Assembly (NCBI GenBank): GCA_028534125.1
Contig: CM052816.1
Location: 27,406,001-27,470,000 of the forward strand
Direction of reading: 5' to 3'
Origin: Lama glama
Lineage: Eukaryota
DNA: 64,000 nucleotides
Of the stretch, positions 1 through 14,480 are shown in pieces; position 1 is the first letter of the stretch; each line of letters starts with the position of its first letter. The notes under the pieces are model-generated. The model was not told the origin of the DNA. It saw nothing but the letters and a program-made list of their open reading frames with translations, and did no database searches. The translations under genes were made by a program, and so were the position numbers.

Positions 1-1289
1 AAAAAGTACCTTACAATCATCTTAGAGCATCTGGTTCACACCTGCAAAAGTAGAGTTTACAGTGTGGCACTGGGATAATTTTAGAATTTTAACATGAACT
101 GTCTTTGGATCCTACATTTCCTTATTTCAGACTATTTCTGCTACCAAAACGAATTTGAGGCGTTTTGTGCACAACAAATACCTGAAGGAAACACTGGGGA
201 CGAGAACTGATTAATTACACAGTGGCGTCCTCTCAGATACGAGCCAGAGTTGGTTGCGTGTGAATGTGTAAGTCTTCGTGTTATCACGATGCTCAGACGT
301 TCGGCACCTTTAGTGTCTTTGGTCTGTAGTTTTTAGCCCAAGGTCATGAATACACCTATCCTCATGATGTGTATGTAAAACCTATGCAGGCAGAGAAGTA
401 ACTTATCAGCTGCTTTCTAAATAACGCGAACATGTTTGTGAAGGTCAGTACGGAATGACTTTTTTTCTTCTTTTGGCGCTGACACGGTTTCCGAATGTGA
501 TTCTAATTCACTCCTTCATGCTGTCAAAGGCGGTCCGCAGGCAGGCATTCATAAGGTTCTCTTTTTCCTTTGCATTTCCCTGTTGACCCATCAGTTCTTA
601 AGTTTTGTGCACATAATAATTCTGTAAGAATTGTCTATAAAATAGCTCATTTTTTCCTAGATGATGTCAAACAAACTTAAGTATCGAATAGTCGCATTAT
701 CTTTATTAATGGAGCTGTTCACTTTGGTCTCACCTTTCTAAACCCCCCTACTTACGTAGGTCAGTCCACTCAGTTCCTCACGTGGGTCTGCTTGTACATA
801 TTTCATAACTAACTTTGGACACTTTCTTCTATCCTGGTCATTTTCTTCTTAATATTTTTTGGCCCTCATTCTACCACTTGATGTCTGAGAGTAGGATAGG
901 CGAAATTGCGAAGGAGGCCAAGACTGGGTTCAGTATTCTCTTCTCTTCCTTTATCCTCTCTCCCTTTGCAGAATAGCTCAGGGCTCTCTCTTCCCAGCTG
1001 CAGCCGTCAAAATGCATCTACTTTGTGTCATGGGCTTTGCTCTTTAATAAATGACAAGAGCGCCAGTGAATTAAGCATACAACTACCCCCATCCAGGTGA
1101 AAGTGAGGGAATGCAGTCACTTTGCAGACAGCATACGGTTTTCCCCAGCCATGTGCCTCTTTCTTACCGCTAGGACTTAATTCATGTCACCTCCTCAGAA
1201 AGCCTTTCCCTTAACCTCCCTCCTTTAGCGATTCTCTATTCCATCACTGCTTATTTGCTTCACAATATTAACATATTTTTATTCACAGT

Positions 1290-2730
1290 ATTAATCTTTA
1301 CTGAAAGGTACTTAAATCATAATTGTACAGTTTGATAGATTTCTACAGATTTCTACATAGTGAACTCCTTAAACAAGAAGTCTAACATTGCCAGCATCCC
1401 AGAGACCCATCTCATGCTCCCATTGGGTCATTGCTCCTCTTCCACTCCAAAGGTAGCCACAACCCTGACATCTGCACCATAGATTAATTTGCATGTTTTT
1501 TAACTTTATGAAGTAGAAGGTGCTTTTTCTGTCTGACTTCTTTCATGCAATGTAATATTTATGAGATTCACCCTTGCTGTTGCATACAGCTGTAGTTCAT
1601 TCATTTTCATTGCTGAATATCATTTCATTGTATAATCTTGTATCACAGTAAATTCATCCATGTTACTATTGATGGACAATTTGGGACTATTAGAAATAAT
1701 ACTATGAACATTTTGTCCATTCTTTTGATGCATATATATCCATTTCTCCTGGGGTATAGGAGTTAAACTACTACCTCATTGAATAAGAATTTTTCAGGTT
1801 TAATATATACTGCAAATACATTTTCCAAAGTAGTTGTATTAATTTACATCTGCACCACCAAAGTAAAAGAGGTCCACAACTGTATTAACTTTTGGTATTG
1901 GTGATCATTTACAAAATTTTAGCCACTTTGGGGTGAATGTGTTATATCTCATTAGGGTTTTGATTTGCATTTCCCTCATAATTAATAATGTGTAGCACAT
2001 GTTCATGTAGGTCGGCCATTTGGATAGTCCTTTTTATGAAGTGCCTGCTCAAAATTCTTGCCCATTTTTCGATTGTGTAATCTGCTGTTTTCTTACTGAT
2101 TTGTAGGAGTTCTTCGTATATTCTGGATATGCATCCTTGCAAGATATACGTATTGAAAATGTCTTCTGCCAGATTCTGGCTTAACTTTCCACTCTGTTAA
2201 TGATGTCTTTTGATAAACAGAACTTCTTAATTTTGATGTAGTCTAATGCGTAAATCTTTTTCTTTATGATTGGTGCTTTTATGTTTTAAAAATATCTTTT
2301 CATCCCTCCAGGTTAGAAAGATATGTTCCCATGGTATCTTCTAGAAGCACTGATGCTGTAACTTTCACATTTAGATCCATAATCCACCTGGAATTGATGT
2401 TTGGATGTGATATGCAATGAGAATCAAATTTCATTTATTTTCGTATACAGATATCCAATGACCCATCATCGTTTATTGAAAAGACTGCCCTTCCCCCACT
2501 CTGGGCAGGACCATTTTATAATAAATCAAAATTCCTTTTGGGTGTAGGCCTGTTTCTGAATTCTCTGCAACATTCCCTTGATTTGTTTCTCCTTTTCTGA
2601 ATACCATATTGTTTTCATAGTTTAAGATTTATGATATGTCGATATCCTCTAGGGTAAATCTTCCATCTTTATTCTTCTACAAGATTTTCATGGCTATTTT
2701 TGGCCTCTACCATTTCCATATACATTTAGA
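1290..2730 (-). mobile_element. Old LINE-1 3' fragment (ORF2 C-terminus + 3' UTR; L1M-type)
   Basis: Minus-strand ORF 1942-2142 (CISRIYEELLQISKK...IEKWAR.LSRHF...IQMAD.H) matches the L1 ORF2 C-terminal motif ISRIYKELLQ...IEKWAKDMNRHF...IQMANKH; flanking sequence resembles antisense L1 3' UTR. Confidence 0.9.
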
Positions 2731-2768
2731 CTTAGCTGATAAAAGCCAAAGACCCTAGTTCTGGGAAA

Positions 2769-2788
2769 ACACACACACACACACACAC
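2769..2788. repeat. (AC)10 microsatellite
   Basis: Direct reading. Confidence 0.95.
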
Positions 2789-2954
2789 GGAGCCGAATTC
2801 TTTTCTTGAGAATGCAAAACCTGTCAAAAGCATAAAGATAAAGAAAAGAAATGCCTTTCATGAACATATATTTAAAAATCTAAAATTTAATTTGGCAAAT
2901 TACTACATTCAGCAAACTTCTAATTAAAAATGCAGCCTCTGACTGGTATTCACA

Positions 2955-3100
2955 TACTTGGGGAAGCTACCTAGTGTTTCTGTGCCTCTATTCTGTATTT
3001 TGCAATCTTCACTTACTGTTCTGTGAGGTTCAAATGACATAACACATAAAACACTTGTAAGAGTAGCACATAGTGAGCCAATAAAAGTTAGGTATTGGTA
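2955..3100 (+). mobile_element. MIR SINE fragment
   Basis: gtgaggttcaaatgacataacacataaaacactt...gcacatagtgagccaataaaagttagg resembles the MIR 3' core/tail. Confidence 0.65.
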
Positions 3101-3914
3101 TTCTTCTATCACAGCCCTCCTTCATTTAGTCTCCTACTATAATTCATGATTTATACATCTCTTTCTCTTGTTCAGTTATAGGCTCCATTGTAGGACCATC
3201 CTTGGCCCAGGATCTATGCTTTAGCAAGTGCCATATATCACAACTACCACCACGCTAAGTTTGTTAAAGGTCACATGGGTCTTAGTCACTTGAGATTCAA
3301 CCTTGAAGACTGGAACAATGTAGCATGTCACTCCAAAACAACAGCTCTCCTAAACTGTTCAGATCCAGGGAATAATGTTGTCCACTTTTCTCATCCTATG
3401 CCCTCAAAACAAAGGTGACTGCACTTGAATGTGGTGAAGGTGAGTTGGCTGTGCCACTGCCCGTGTCAGAAGCAAGTGCTTCTCTGACGTAAGGGGAAGA
3501 TTTGATGAGCACAGGTAAACTTAGGGAAGAGATAAGACAAAGTTATTAAATGTCAAATTTTCTATTTTATACAGTGTGACTGTAATCTATTTTTGCATAA
3601 CAATCATTTCTTTGTAGTGCCAAGAGTTGCTTTTCTTGCTTCTCTTTGCCTTCCAATTTGTGGCTATAGAGGTTTGATATTCACAAGAGTTGCCCGTGGT
3701 GGCTGAAATATTAAACAATTCATAGATGAGGTCTAGACAGAACATGCATGGAGCATGTTACTAATTCTTTACCTTGGTAACGAAAGGCATACTCAATCCT
3801 AGAAATGCCAACAGTGTTATATTTATTAAAATACTTAGTGGCATTTTATTGTTTTCAAAATTCAAGCATTTTCAGCTTTACTTAAACAATTTTGATTTAA
3901 AAGTTAATTTATAT

Positions 3915-6600
3915 GAATCCTTCTTAAGCTGTTCCAAAAAATAGAAGAGGGAACACTTCCAAACTCATTTTTCATGCTGATCACCCCAATATCAGTCAGA
4001 CAAGAAACCACGAGAAAAGAAAACCAATACCCAAAAAAACATTGATGTAAAAATCTTCAGTAAAATACTAGCAAATTAAATTCAACAGCACATTAAAGGA
4101 CTATACACCATGAGCAAGTGGGGTTTATCCCTGGAATATAAAGATAGTTCAACATAGACAAATCAGTCAATGTGATATCAGAATGAAACACAGAAGCCAC
4201 ATGATCTTTCATAAATATTGACAGAAAAAGAATTGGACAAATATTCAATGTTCATTCATGATAAAGACTCTCAACAAAATTGGCACACAAGAAACTTACC
4301 TCAACACAATAAAGGCCTTATATGAACAGCCCACAGCTAACAACATAATCAAGAGAGAAAAAAATGAAAAGCTTTTCCTCTAAGATTTGTTACCGGCAAG
4401 AATGCCCATTTTTGCTACTTCTATTCAACCTACTACTGGATGTCCTAGCCAGAGCAGGTAAAGAAGGAAAAGAAATAAAAGGCATACAAATTGGAAAGAA
4501 AAAAAGTAAAATGATCTCTGTTTGCAGAGGGCTTGATCATATATGTAGAAAACCATAAAGACTCAACAAAAAGACTGTTAGAACTAATAAACAAATTCAG
4601 TAAAGTTGCAGGATACAAAACATACAAAAGTCAATGGCATTTCTATACACTAAGAATGAGCTATCTGAAAAGGAAATTAAGAGAACAAACCCAATTTACA
4701 GTAGCAACAAAAAGAATGAAACACTTAGGAATAAACTTAACCAAAGAGGTAAAAGACCAGTAAACTGAAAACTTAAATCATTAATGAATAAATTAAAGAT
4801 ACATATAAATGGAAAGACATCCTATGTTCATGGATTGGAAGAATTAATGTTGTTAAAATGTCCAAACTAACAAAGTAAGTGGTCTGCAGATTCAATGTGA
4901 CCCCTACCATAACTCTAATGGTGTTTTATAGCATTCTTTACAGAAATAGAAAAAATTCTAAAATTCATATGGAACCACAAAAGGTCTTGAATAGCCAGAG
5001 TAACCTTGTGCAAGAAGAACAAAGCTGGAAGCTTCACATTCTCTGATTTCAAAATACATTTAAAGCTGCAGTAATTAAAATAGCATATGGTACTGGCATA
5101 CAAACAGTCACATAGATGAATGAAACAGAATAGAGGGCCTAGAAATAAATCCACCACTTACAGTCAACTAACCTTTGAAATGGTGCTAAGAACACACAAT
5201 AGGGAAAGGATAGGCTCTTCAATAAGCGGTGTTGGGAAAGCTGGATATCCACATGCAGAAGAATGAAATTGGATCCTTATCTCACACCATACGCAAAAAT
5301 CAAGTCAAAATAGATTAAAGACTTAAATGTGAGGCCTTTAATAGCAAAAACCATTGGTAGAAAACATAGAGAAAAAGCTTACTGACATTGGTCTTGGCGC
5401 AATTATTTTTTTGCCATGACACCAAAAGCAAAGGCAACAAAAGCAAAAATAGACAGATGAAATTATATCGAACTAAGAAGTTTCTGCACAGCCAAGGAAA
5501 TAATCAACAAAATGAAGAGACAACCTATGGAATGGGAAAAAATGTTTACTCTAAAGAGTTAATATCCAAAATAGATAAAGAACCTATTTAACTCCATAAC
5601 AAAACACAACAAAACAAACAAAAAACCCCCCAAAAACTTGATTAAAAAATGTCTCAAAAGAAGACATAAAAATGGTCAACAGCTTCATTAAAAAGTGGCC
5701 AACATCACTAATCATCACAGAAGTTCAAACCAAAACCACAATGAGATATCATCTCACACCTGTTAGAATGGCTGTCATCAAAAAGACAAAAGATAAATGT
5801 CAGGCATATGGAGAAGGGGGAATTCCTGTACACTCGGAGGGACTGTACATTGGGGCAGCCATCAAGGAAAACAGTACGGAGGTTCCTCAGAAAATTAAAA
5901 ACAGAACTAACATGATTCAGCAAGCCCACTTCCGGGTGTATATCCAAAGGAAATTAAATCTGGATCTCAAAGAGGTATCTTCATTCCCATGTTTATTGCA
6001 GCATTATTCACAATAGCCAAGATATGGATACAACCTAAATGTCCTTCAACAAATGAAAAGATAAAGAAAATGTGCTATTTCTCTCTCTCTCTCTCTCTCC
6101 CCCTCCCTCCTATGAAATATTATTCAGCCTTAAAAAAGAAGACATCTGGGGGACATTATGCTAAATGAAATAAACCAGACACAGAAACACAAATCCTACA
6201 TATTTCACTCATATGTGCAATCTACAATAATCAAACTCATAGAGGCAGAGAGTAGAATGCTGATTGCCAAAGGTTGGGAGAGAGGGGGGGAAAAGAGCAG
6301 AGGCTGTACAAGGGTACCAAGTTTCAGTTTTGCAAGATGAATAGGTTCTGGAGATATAATGTTCAGTGTGGTAATGACAGTTAACAATACTGTACTGTAT
6401 TCCTCAAATTAGCTAAGAGGATAGAACTTAAATTTTCTCAACACACACACACACACACGTAATTACATAAAAGTAAAAGTGAAGCATTCATTACTTAGCT
6501 TGATTGTGGTGATCTTTTTACAATGTATACATATATGAAAACACAAAGTTACAGCCTTTAAACATACACAATTTTATATGTCAAAGATATCTCAATAAAT
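3915..6600 (+). mobile_element. 5'-truncated LINE-1 (ORF2 RT/C-terminal part + L1MA/L1MB-type 3' UTR), degenerate
   Basis: Broken ORFs 4364-4558, 4533-4763 and 5672-6016 give L1 ORF2 peptides (RQECP...LLFNLLLDVLARA, KRLLELINKFSKVAGYK, TTMRYHLTPVRMAVIKK); 3' UTR ends ctcaataaa near 6600; short ttaatttat match on both flanks may be a decayed TSD. Confidence 0.95.
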
Positions 6601-9600
6601 TTGTTTAACATTTTAATTTATGGCTTTAAAATATTTAGACATACGGTATGTGCGCTTCCATTTGCATCTTGACAGGGTCTGGAAAATGTGAGGTGGGTCT
6701 CTCCTTGAAAGCAAAGACATGTCTTGTCCCCCCTGGAATCATACATAAATGCCAAATACAAGACCCTGCCCAAGCTACAAGCCCTCTCTTCCCAAAATGT
6801 TTAATTAACAAATGTATCCTTGTTGAGTGAATTGATGGTGGGACCATCAGGTATTTTAGAGACGGTAAGCCTTCTGACACCTCTAAATTATACTTACTAT
6901 TTAGGTACCACCTACTCCAGCCATGAGTAAGGTTACTGCACGCTCAGACACCCTGCCAAGAAACGTACTTCTTCCTTCTTAACCACTTCCTTCCCCAAAA
7001 GCTCGGGCACTCCTTCAGGACCCATCTCTTGGGGCTATCAGATTAAACGGAGCAGGAAAACTGGTAGAAAGGTTAATGCGATTGGATCCAAAAACTTGGA
7101 ATGGTTTAAATTTAAGGGTTTAGTTGCTAATTTTAGTCCCAGGGTAGGATATTCAAAAAGTAGACTGTATCTCTGTTTAAATAATCTTTCTTAATGATGA
7201 TATAAAGTAAAATAAATTAGTTTTAAAAATGTCCTGGAGACAGGCAACATTTTTGGAAACTTTTTGGTTTGTGCGTATTCCCACTCAGACTGGTACAGAG
7301 GAACACAGCCACATAGTTACCAGTTTAGGAAAAAGAGACCCAGACAATTTGGGGCTTATTACAAAACGTAAAAAATATGATATAGACCTCCCACTGAGTA
7401 GCTCTGGATTAACTTAACCAATTTTTCCTTAACTCTTGTGAGACTTCTCTTTCTGCCACTCTTTTCCTGCCTCTCCCCAACCCCACCATCCCTCACCCAG
7501 GAAAAAAAAAAGTTTTAAAATACAATGACAATAATAATAAATTTGATTTTAAATATCTTAATCTGTTTTAATGCTTTAGCCTAAATTCTTGATTTAGGAT
7601 CAACATACCATTGCCTCCAGGCACATGGTGGAGCATTCAGTTTGGAATTATAATCCTCACTCCATGAAACTCCTCCATACACATAGCTCTGCATATGCTA
7701 TTTGATTTTCTGAAGGAAATGAAAATATTCTCTGCAGGACTTCATCTCTCACAATGTCTCTCCTTTGGGGTTTTAAGGGCCTTTCTGCGTTCCAGCCTAG
7801 GACCATGTATTAAGCAAGATGTGCCTAATAAGCCAATAAATAAGAACAAGAATTGCCTCTGTGTTTATCAACTCAGACTCTTTCTGTCTTGTCTTCATCA
7901 TGCATTTTGCCACTTAAGGCAAAGTCAAGGACTTGTAGTTTGCTTATATTTATCTATTGCCTGCCAAAGGATCCTCTGCTCTAAAACCCCCAACCCCTCC
8001 CCCCACAAACCAGGATAAGAAAAGGAGTTTAAGTTATTCTTATTTGATGCCTTTATTTGGTTCTTTCATATTTCAGAGGTTTACTTTTCATCCATAAAAT
8101 TAAAAATAGAAGTGAAAGTCATCTTTGTTTTTATAATTAAATCCTCATTTCATTAAAATGGATTTCCTCTGCAGGACTTAAAGACATAACCTCTCACTTA
8201 TTATCACCATCCTGTACAATTGCTGCAATCACTGCTTCTGTGGCAGACGACTGGGGTTTGCACTTTGCTGTTGTTGTTTTTAATATACGTCCCTTATTGT
8301 TCTTTGGAAAGTGGCCATTGTTAACATGGAGGTTCTTTTGTATTTCCAAGTTCATGTTTGCCAGATGCTCTAAAATAAATGATTATTCAAAACATACTTG
8401 AATCCTTTTTGTTTCTTCCATAACTTAAGTTTTGTGCCCCCAAACGAATGGACTTAAAACAGAATTTTCCTCGTATACATTTAAAAATTAGTCACATGCA
8501 TATGCAAGACTCTTGTTTTCTGTCTACATACTATGCTAGAGGCATTAACTCTACAAGTCCCGTAGGGACCCCAGTCACCAAGGTATCTGGGACTCAGAGT
8601 AGGAAGTGTGAAGGGCACAAAGGAGAGTACCGTGGGGTCTCTGTTCTTGTCACCACCATGGCAAGGCTGGAGGCCGAACCTGCACCAATGGTCAACCCAA
8701 CATCCATTATCCAACAAGTGTCAGGATTTTGCAGTAAAAGGAAGTTGTTTACTACACAGATGCCTTTAAAAAGGACATATTTTTGGTTACCAAAGGCCTC
8801 TGTCTCTGGAAACAGTAAATGTAGGTTGTGGTGCTATTTTTCTTCATCAACAAGTTTTACTGTTGTTATAAATGTTTATGTTGCTCCTTCTCTCAGTTCT
8901 TAGCAAATGCCAGTTACTTGCACAGAATCATAGCCAAAGATGAACAAATGTGAAAAATACCTAGCCAGTGGGTAGGAGCCAGAGAAGAACATAGGTAGCT
9001 GCAGGTGCTGAGTACAGTCTGAAAGCTCAAATAAGCTCCCTAAAGATAAGGTAACCTGTGCATGGAGTCAGGATAGCAACAGGGCCCAAGAGAGAGCATC
9101 AGGGCTCGCCCAGCAGGGAACCACAATCAGAAACAGGGCCAGGAACTCACAGACAAGTGAGATGCTCACACGGAAGTAAAAATTATAGCAGAGCTACCAT
9201 TTGGAATTGCTTACAAGAGTCCCCAAAGCACGTACGGCTCCAGGACAAGCCAAAGAAAGGCACACAAACCAATGGAGGCGTGGAGAGGGATGTTTCTATT
9301 CTACACACGCACACATCCTTCCCGAGTAAAGCAGACTCCTGCCCTTGATCTTGACTCTCAGATTCCATCCATCTCAGCAGAGCCGAGAGGGACTGGGTCA
9401 GGGCCTGGACTAGGAGAAGGGATGTGAAGTTTAAAAACATACACATCATTCAAAATCATTAAAAACCTTTGTAACCCAAAGTGAATTCCTAGACAGCCAC
9501 AAAACTTGGCCTCTGACAGGTTAAATGACATGGGCCTTCAGTCCTTCTTGGTGCTGCAATAGGGCTTGGGCGGATCCAAGTTCACAGTGAGGAGGAGGAG

Positions 9601-10154
9601 ACCCCATTCGGCACAAGCGGGGATCTAAGTTTTAAAACACGTTTTCTCCAAGAGAAGTTCTTTGCACTTTGCTCCTTCTGCCTTACAAATCATACTAGTT
9701 GGCAGCAGTAAAGCAAAAACCCAGTTCTTAAGTTTGCCCTCAACAGAGCACACTGTCAAACGCTCCAACAATAAAGGATTTTCCCCAATCGCAGTGTAAT
9801 TCAAAGTTGAATTGAGTAGTCTTTGGTTTCAGAACAAGAAAAAATAGTATTTAAGATGGCAAGAAAGCAATTTTTTTCTTATGGAATTAAGGTAACAATA
9901 GATATGGGATTTTATATTAGAAAATGGGAGAAAGAATGAAAATATTTACCTTCTTTTAAGATGATGTAACATAAGATCAAATATTGTTGATTTTTTAAAA
10001 TGTAGCCCTAAATAGAAATATCACAGCATACATAAATAAACCCAGAATAGTTAAAAGTATATTTTAATGTGTTCCTAATTTTAATAAAAAGTATGCAGAA
10101 AATGGCTGGCTTAAGTTTTCAGTTAATACGTAGAAAATTTTATCCAAATCTTTC

Positions 10155-10315
10155 CTTTTCAAAGAATGGCCCATTGACCTGTAGTATTAACATCACCTGA
10201 GAACTTATGAGAAATGAAGACTTGTGGGCCCCAACATGGACATACTGGGTTAGAATCTGCATTTTAACAGATCTCTAGGTGACTCACATGTACATGAAAG
10301 TTTCTGAAGCACTGA
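10155..10315. mobile_element. MER5-type hAT-Charlie MITE
   Basis: catcacctgagaacttatgagaaatgaaga...ttagaatctgcattttaacagatctctaggtgactcacatgtacatgaaagttt...aagcactg is typical of MER5. Confidence 0.8.
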
Positions 10316-10859
10316 TCTGAATTAACCATTCACCCAAGGCGTATCAAGTAGGCTTTAGAAAGCCATCCTTCCCTCCAGCACCACATATAAACTTGCAAGT
10401 AGAGGAAGAATCACGTTTGCTATGTAAACACAGCTTTAAAGAGAGACCCCTGATACCCTTGTCAAACATTCTGGAGTCACCACATCTTTCTTTACTTTTC
10501 CTCTTCTTTCGCTGAAATACTTCCCACGGTAAACACCTTCCCCTTTTTGCATAGTTTTTCCTGCCTGTGACTTTGAGGAACTGAGTAATAGCTTCACAAA
10601 GGTATCAGAAAGAAGTAACACTGAGAGATCTAGAGGAAAGAAAAGTACGTAAGTTAAAGAAAGACAAGGCAGAAATACAAAAAAGCAAAACTAGCATAAG
10701 CTAGAGAAACAAGTATCTATATATTTGATTTATATTGAAAATAGATTAACTGTTTACCTAAATTTTAAAATGATGCATGTTAATAGTTTTTCATAGTTTT
10801 GCTAATTAAAAAACTGTAAATTCTCAAATAACACACCAAAGTAGTATTATCCAGAAACA

Positions 10860-11501
10860 TCACCGTAAAAGGAGAAACTTTTGTTCTCTTCGTGGCCCAG
10901 CATCCACTGACCCTTCTCTGGGTAATTATACCACCCATTTTCCTTTAGTGAGAGTCCTCCTCTCTCCCCCTGCCCCATCCAACTCTCAAGCCACATGTCG
11001 AAGGTATTATCCTGTATAACCCAGGGATATGATAGAGTTATAGTGGAACACGCGACACAGCACACAGGCCTGAGCCAATCAGAATCTCACATTCTCTAGA
11101 TCACAGTGTTGACTGGGTACAGACACATGTTCCAGGTTAAGCAGCCAGGCCCAGTGAACCCAAAGCTTTCAACTGAGTCATGAGGAAAAGAATGCCTCTC
11201 CTTCATGCTAGTGCTGAAACAGAGAGGAGGAGAGGCAGAAACTGTGGTAGCCACCTTGTCACCATGAGTGGAGATACTGTTCTGAACATAAAGCTGCCAC
11301 AGAGGAAGTAGGGCAGAAACTTGGAAACAGAAAAGTTGGCTCTTCCTGATGACCCTGTCTGAAGCCCTGAAAAAGATGTGCCTGAAAGCAAACCAAAATT
11401 CTATACTTTCTAGCTATCCGGGCCCAGAAGTTCCCCTTTTGCTTAAATTAGATTCGACTGAGATTTTGTCACTTGCATTCAAGGGAGATATAACTGATAC
11501 A
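10860..11501 (+). mobile_element. MaLR solo LTR (MLT1K/L-like)
   Basis: Internal ggcctgagccaatcaga, gccaccttgtcaccatgag; 3' end ttccccttttgcttaa...ttttgtcacttgca...taactgataca. Confidence 0.65.
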
Positions 11502-11529
11502 TGTTTGTTTGTTTATTTCTATGTACACA

Positions 11530-14480
11530 GATGGATCTGATTATTTATAATTTCATATTCAGTTTATTCTTTACCTGCTATTTTAATCCTGCTTTTCTCA
11601 ACCAAAAAATATGTCATGAACACCTTTCTGAGTAATAATATTCAGATATGTATTATTATTTTATTAGATATATGTTTTATAATTTGTATTATAATTTATT
11701 GAATCAGTTTCATATGGAGGGACATTTATAGACTGTTTATATCCATTAAAGAAAATCCTCATACACGTACATTAATTTCACCTATACAATGATCTCCTTG
11801 GGACACATTTCTAGAAGTGAGTTGTTAGGCCAAAGGTATCTAATTTAAGATAATATACACCCTCCTACACTGCTTTACAGAAATCTATCGAATTACATTT
11901 CCACCAACAACACTTGCACAATTCAGTGTTCCCTACAGTCTCATAAACATCTGTTAATTTCATGAGAGAAAAATAATATATGTAATTTCTTTTCCATTTC
12001 TCTACTAGTGAAAGTGACTATTTTCCACATGTTTATTAGTCCTTGCAGCTCTTATTTATGAACCACCTATTATTTTTTTACTCACATTTCTGTTGGAGTG
12101 GTTAACTATTTCATTGATATGCTAGAGCTCTTTATATATTAAGTGTATTAACTCTTTCTCATGTATTTCTCAGCATGTATTTTGCTTTTGGATTTAATTT
12201 GAAAGCTTATTTAAATGGTACAGAAATGTTACATTACTATGCAGCCAAATTTATCAAAATTTAATTATGGAGCTTGTATTACTCCTATTGTTTAGAAAGA
12301 TTTTCCCATTACTCCTATTGTTTAGAAAGATCTTGTATTACTCCTATTGTTTAGAAAGAAATACTATATAACATTATTCACCCGTATTTTCTTCTAGTAT
12401 TTTATAGTTTCTTTCTTTCCTTCCCTTACCTTTTTTTTTATATACGTTTAAATCTTTGATCTATCTAGAAGTTCTTTTACCATAAAGGATTCAGCTTTCT
12501 TTTTCCCAAAGGTCTAGCCAATAATTCCAATGTTATTTACTAGAAAGTCTATTTGTCATCTCACCAATTTAAAATGCCATCTTTATCATATACTTAACTA
12601 CCACATATCTTTGGCTCTATTTCTGGCTACTCGATGATGTTTTAATTCAGACTGCTTCTGCCTCCTGTAGCAGTTTTGTCTTAGACACTGCAATTTATAA
12701 ATTTTAATATCTAGGAAGATAAGTAGTCCTTAATACTTTCAAATTTTCTTAGCTTTTTCATGTATATATTTTTAAAATTTTAGAATTGTTTATGTTTCTA
12801 AGGAAATAGTATTTCAATGTTGAATAAAAATACAAAAATAGTGAATATATAAATAGCCTTAAAATATAAAGTATTAGGTACCAGAAACATGACATATATT
12901 TATTAAGTTATATTTAATGCCCTTTAGTGGAATTTAGTTTTCTTTTACATACCTGCAGAATATCTCTTAATCTGTTTATTCACATATATTTCATTTACAT
13001 TACTATTTTGAATACAATTTTTCTTATATTATATTTTTTGCCAAATTTGGATTATTACCATGTTAAGAATATTTTTTGGTAGATTAAAAAAAATTTGAAA
13101 GTCAGAAATAGGTCCCGAATTTGATAATCAAATACTTTTTAGCATCTATTGTGATTTGACTGATTGAAAGAAACCAGTGTATTTTTCAATATTGAATTGA
13201 ATATATTCTTGGAGTTAATCTCAGTTGAGTATATTGTATTATTCTTCTAATGTACTGCTAGTATGTCATTCACAATTTTTGTGAGCAGAGAGAGAGGAAA
13301 AGAGGGAGATACAGAGAAGAGAATCTGTTGGATGTCACTATCACATATACACTAGTGTCACACAGGAGTCTGAAGAGAATTCCTTATTTCGTGTTGCTCT
13401 GGACAAATTCAAGTCATGCTGGAGTTTCTTGGAAGAATGAAAAAATTTCCAAAGACACCTTCTATACCAGAAGACTACTGAAAAATTTTCACAACATTCA
13501 CAGTTTCTTCCATGATTTATAGTCTATTTCTTCTTGAAAAAAAAAGAATCCAAGTTTTAAGTTATTAGTATAAAGTTGTGCAAAGTATTTTCTTATGATG
13601 ATTTTCTCATTATCTGTAGCCATGTCTCCTTTTCATTACTTATTTTATGAATTCATTTTTTTCTCTCTTTTGTTCTCCCTCATATTTTCTATTGGTAAAT
13701 TATTGATTTATTTACATGTGTTTGATTCCCTACTCCACACACAGAATCAAGTCTCGAATTTATTTATAACTTGTATCATCTTTCACATTATGGATTTTTG
13801 CCTCTCACTTCAAAAAATTTCTTTCTATTTTTCTGAAGTTTATTCTGAATTCATTTTTCTAGCTTTTAACAAGTGGCACCTTATTCAATGATTTCCAGTC
13901 TTTCTTTTGTAGTAATATAAATGTGTACAGTTTAAAATTTTTTTCTCTCACTGTTACTTTTCAGATACTCTGTAATTGTGATGCTGTTGTTTATTTAACC
14001 TGAGAATTATTTAATAAAAATTTTTTGTTTGGTTTCTAATTTTCTTATTTGTTTCTAGCATTGAATACATTTTTGTCACAGAATGTTGCTTATAACATTT
14101 CTACTTTGGGGAACATAAGTAGGTTTTTTGGTTTCAAAAAATGTGATAAATATCTGTGAATATCTGCAAGTCCTTGAAAAAATGATGCATTTCTAGGATT
14201 TGATGTTTGACATCTATACATCTATTAATGACAATTATATATATTACTATTCAAATCTTCTGTATTCAAATTTTGTCTTTTTTATCCATAAAGAATAGAA
14301 AGTGAGGTGCTGCCTTTCACCATTATTTTGTTCTTGTAAATATATCCTTTATCTTCTGTAATTTTATATTTTGTCCATAATTTTACTAATAAGGAATAAT
14401 ACTTCTCTGCAGATTTTAATCTACATTATTAAGTAACCTAAAATTTTTAGCTTGAATTTACCTCTGCTTGATATTAGAAT
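11530..14480 (-). mobile_element. Ancient degenerate LINE-1 (L1M/L1ME-type), antisense
   Basis: Long T-rich tract with recognisable antisense L1 3'/ORF2 words (ctctttatatattaag, aaatctttgatctatctagaa, ttccaatgttatttac, tgtattattcttctaatgtactgct). Confidence 0.7.
12273..12359. repeat. Tandem triplication of a 23-bp core (attactcctattgtttagaaaga)
   Basis: Identical cores at 12278-12300, 12308-12330 and 12337-12359. Confidence 0.95.

Noticed and set aside
4364..6016. Reverse-transcriptase-like ORFs as a functional gene
   Set aside because: Frameshifted, stop-ridden fragments of a 5'-truncated L1 ORF2
12278..12359. CRISPR-like repeat-spacer pattern
   Set aside because: Mammalian DNA, spacers only 6-7 bp, no cas genes; simple tandem duplication
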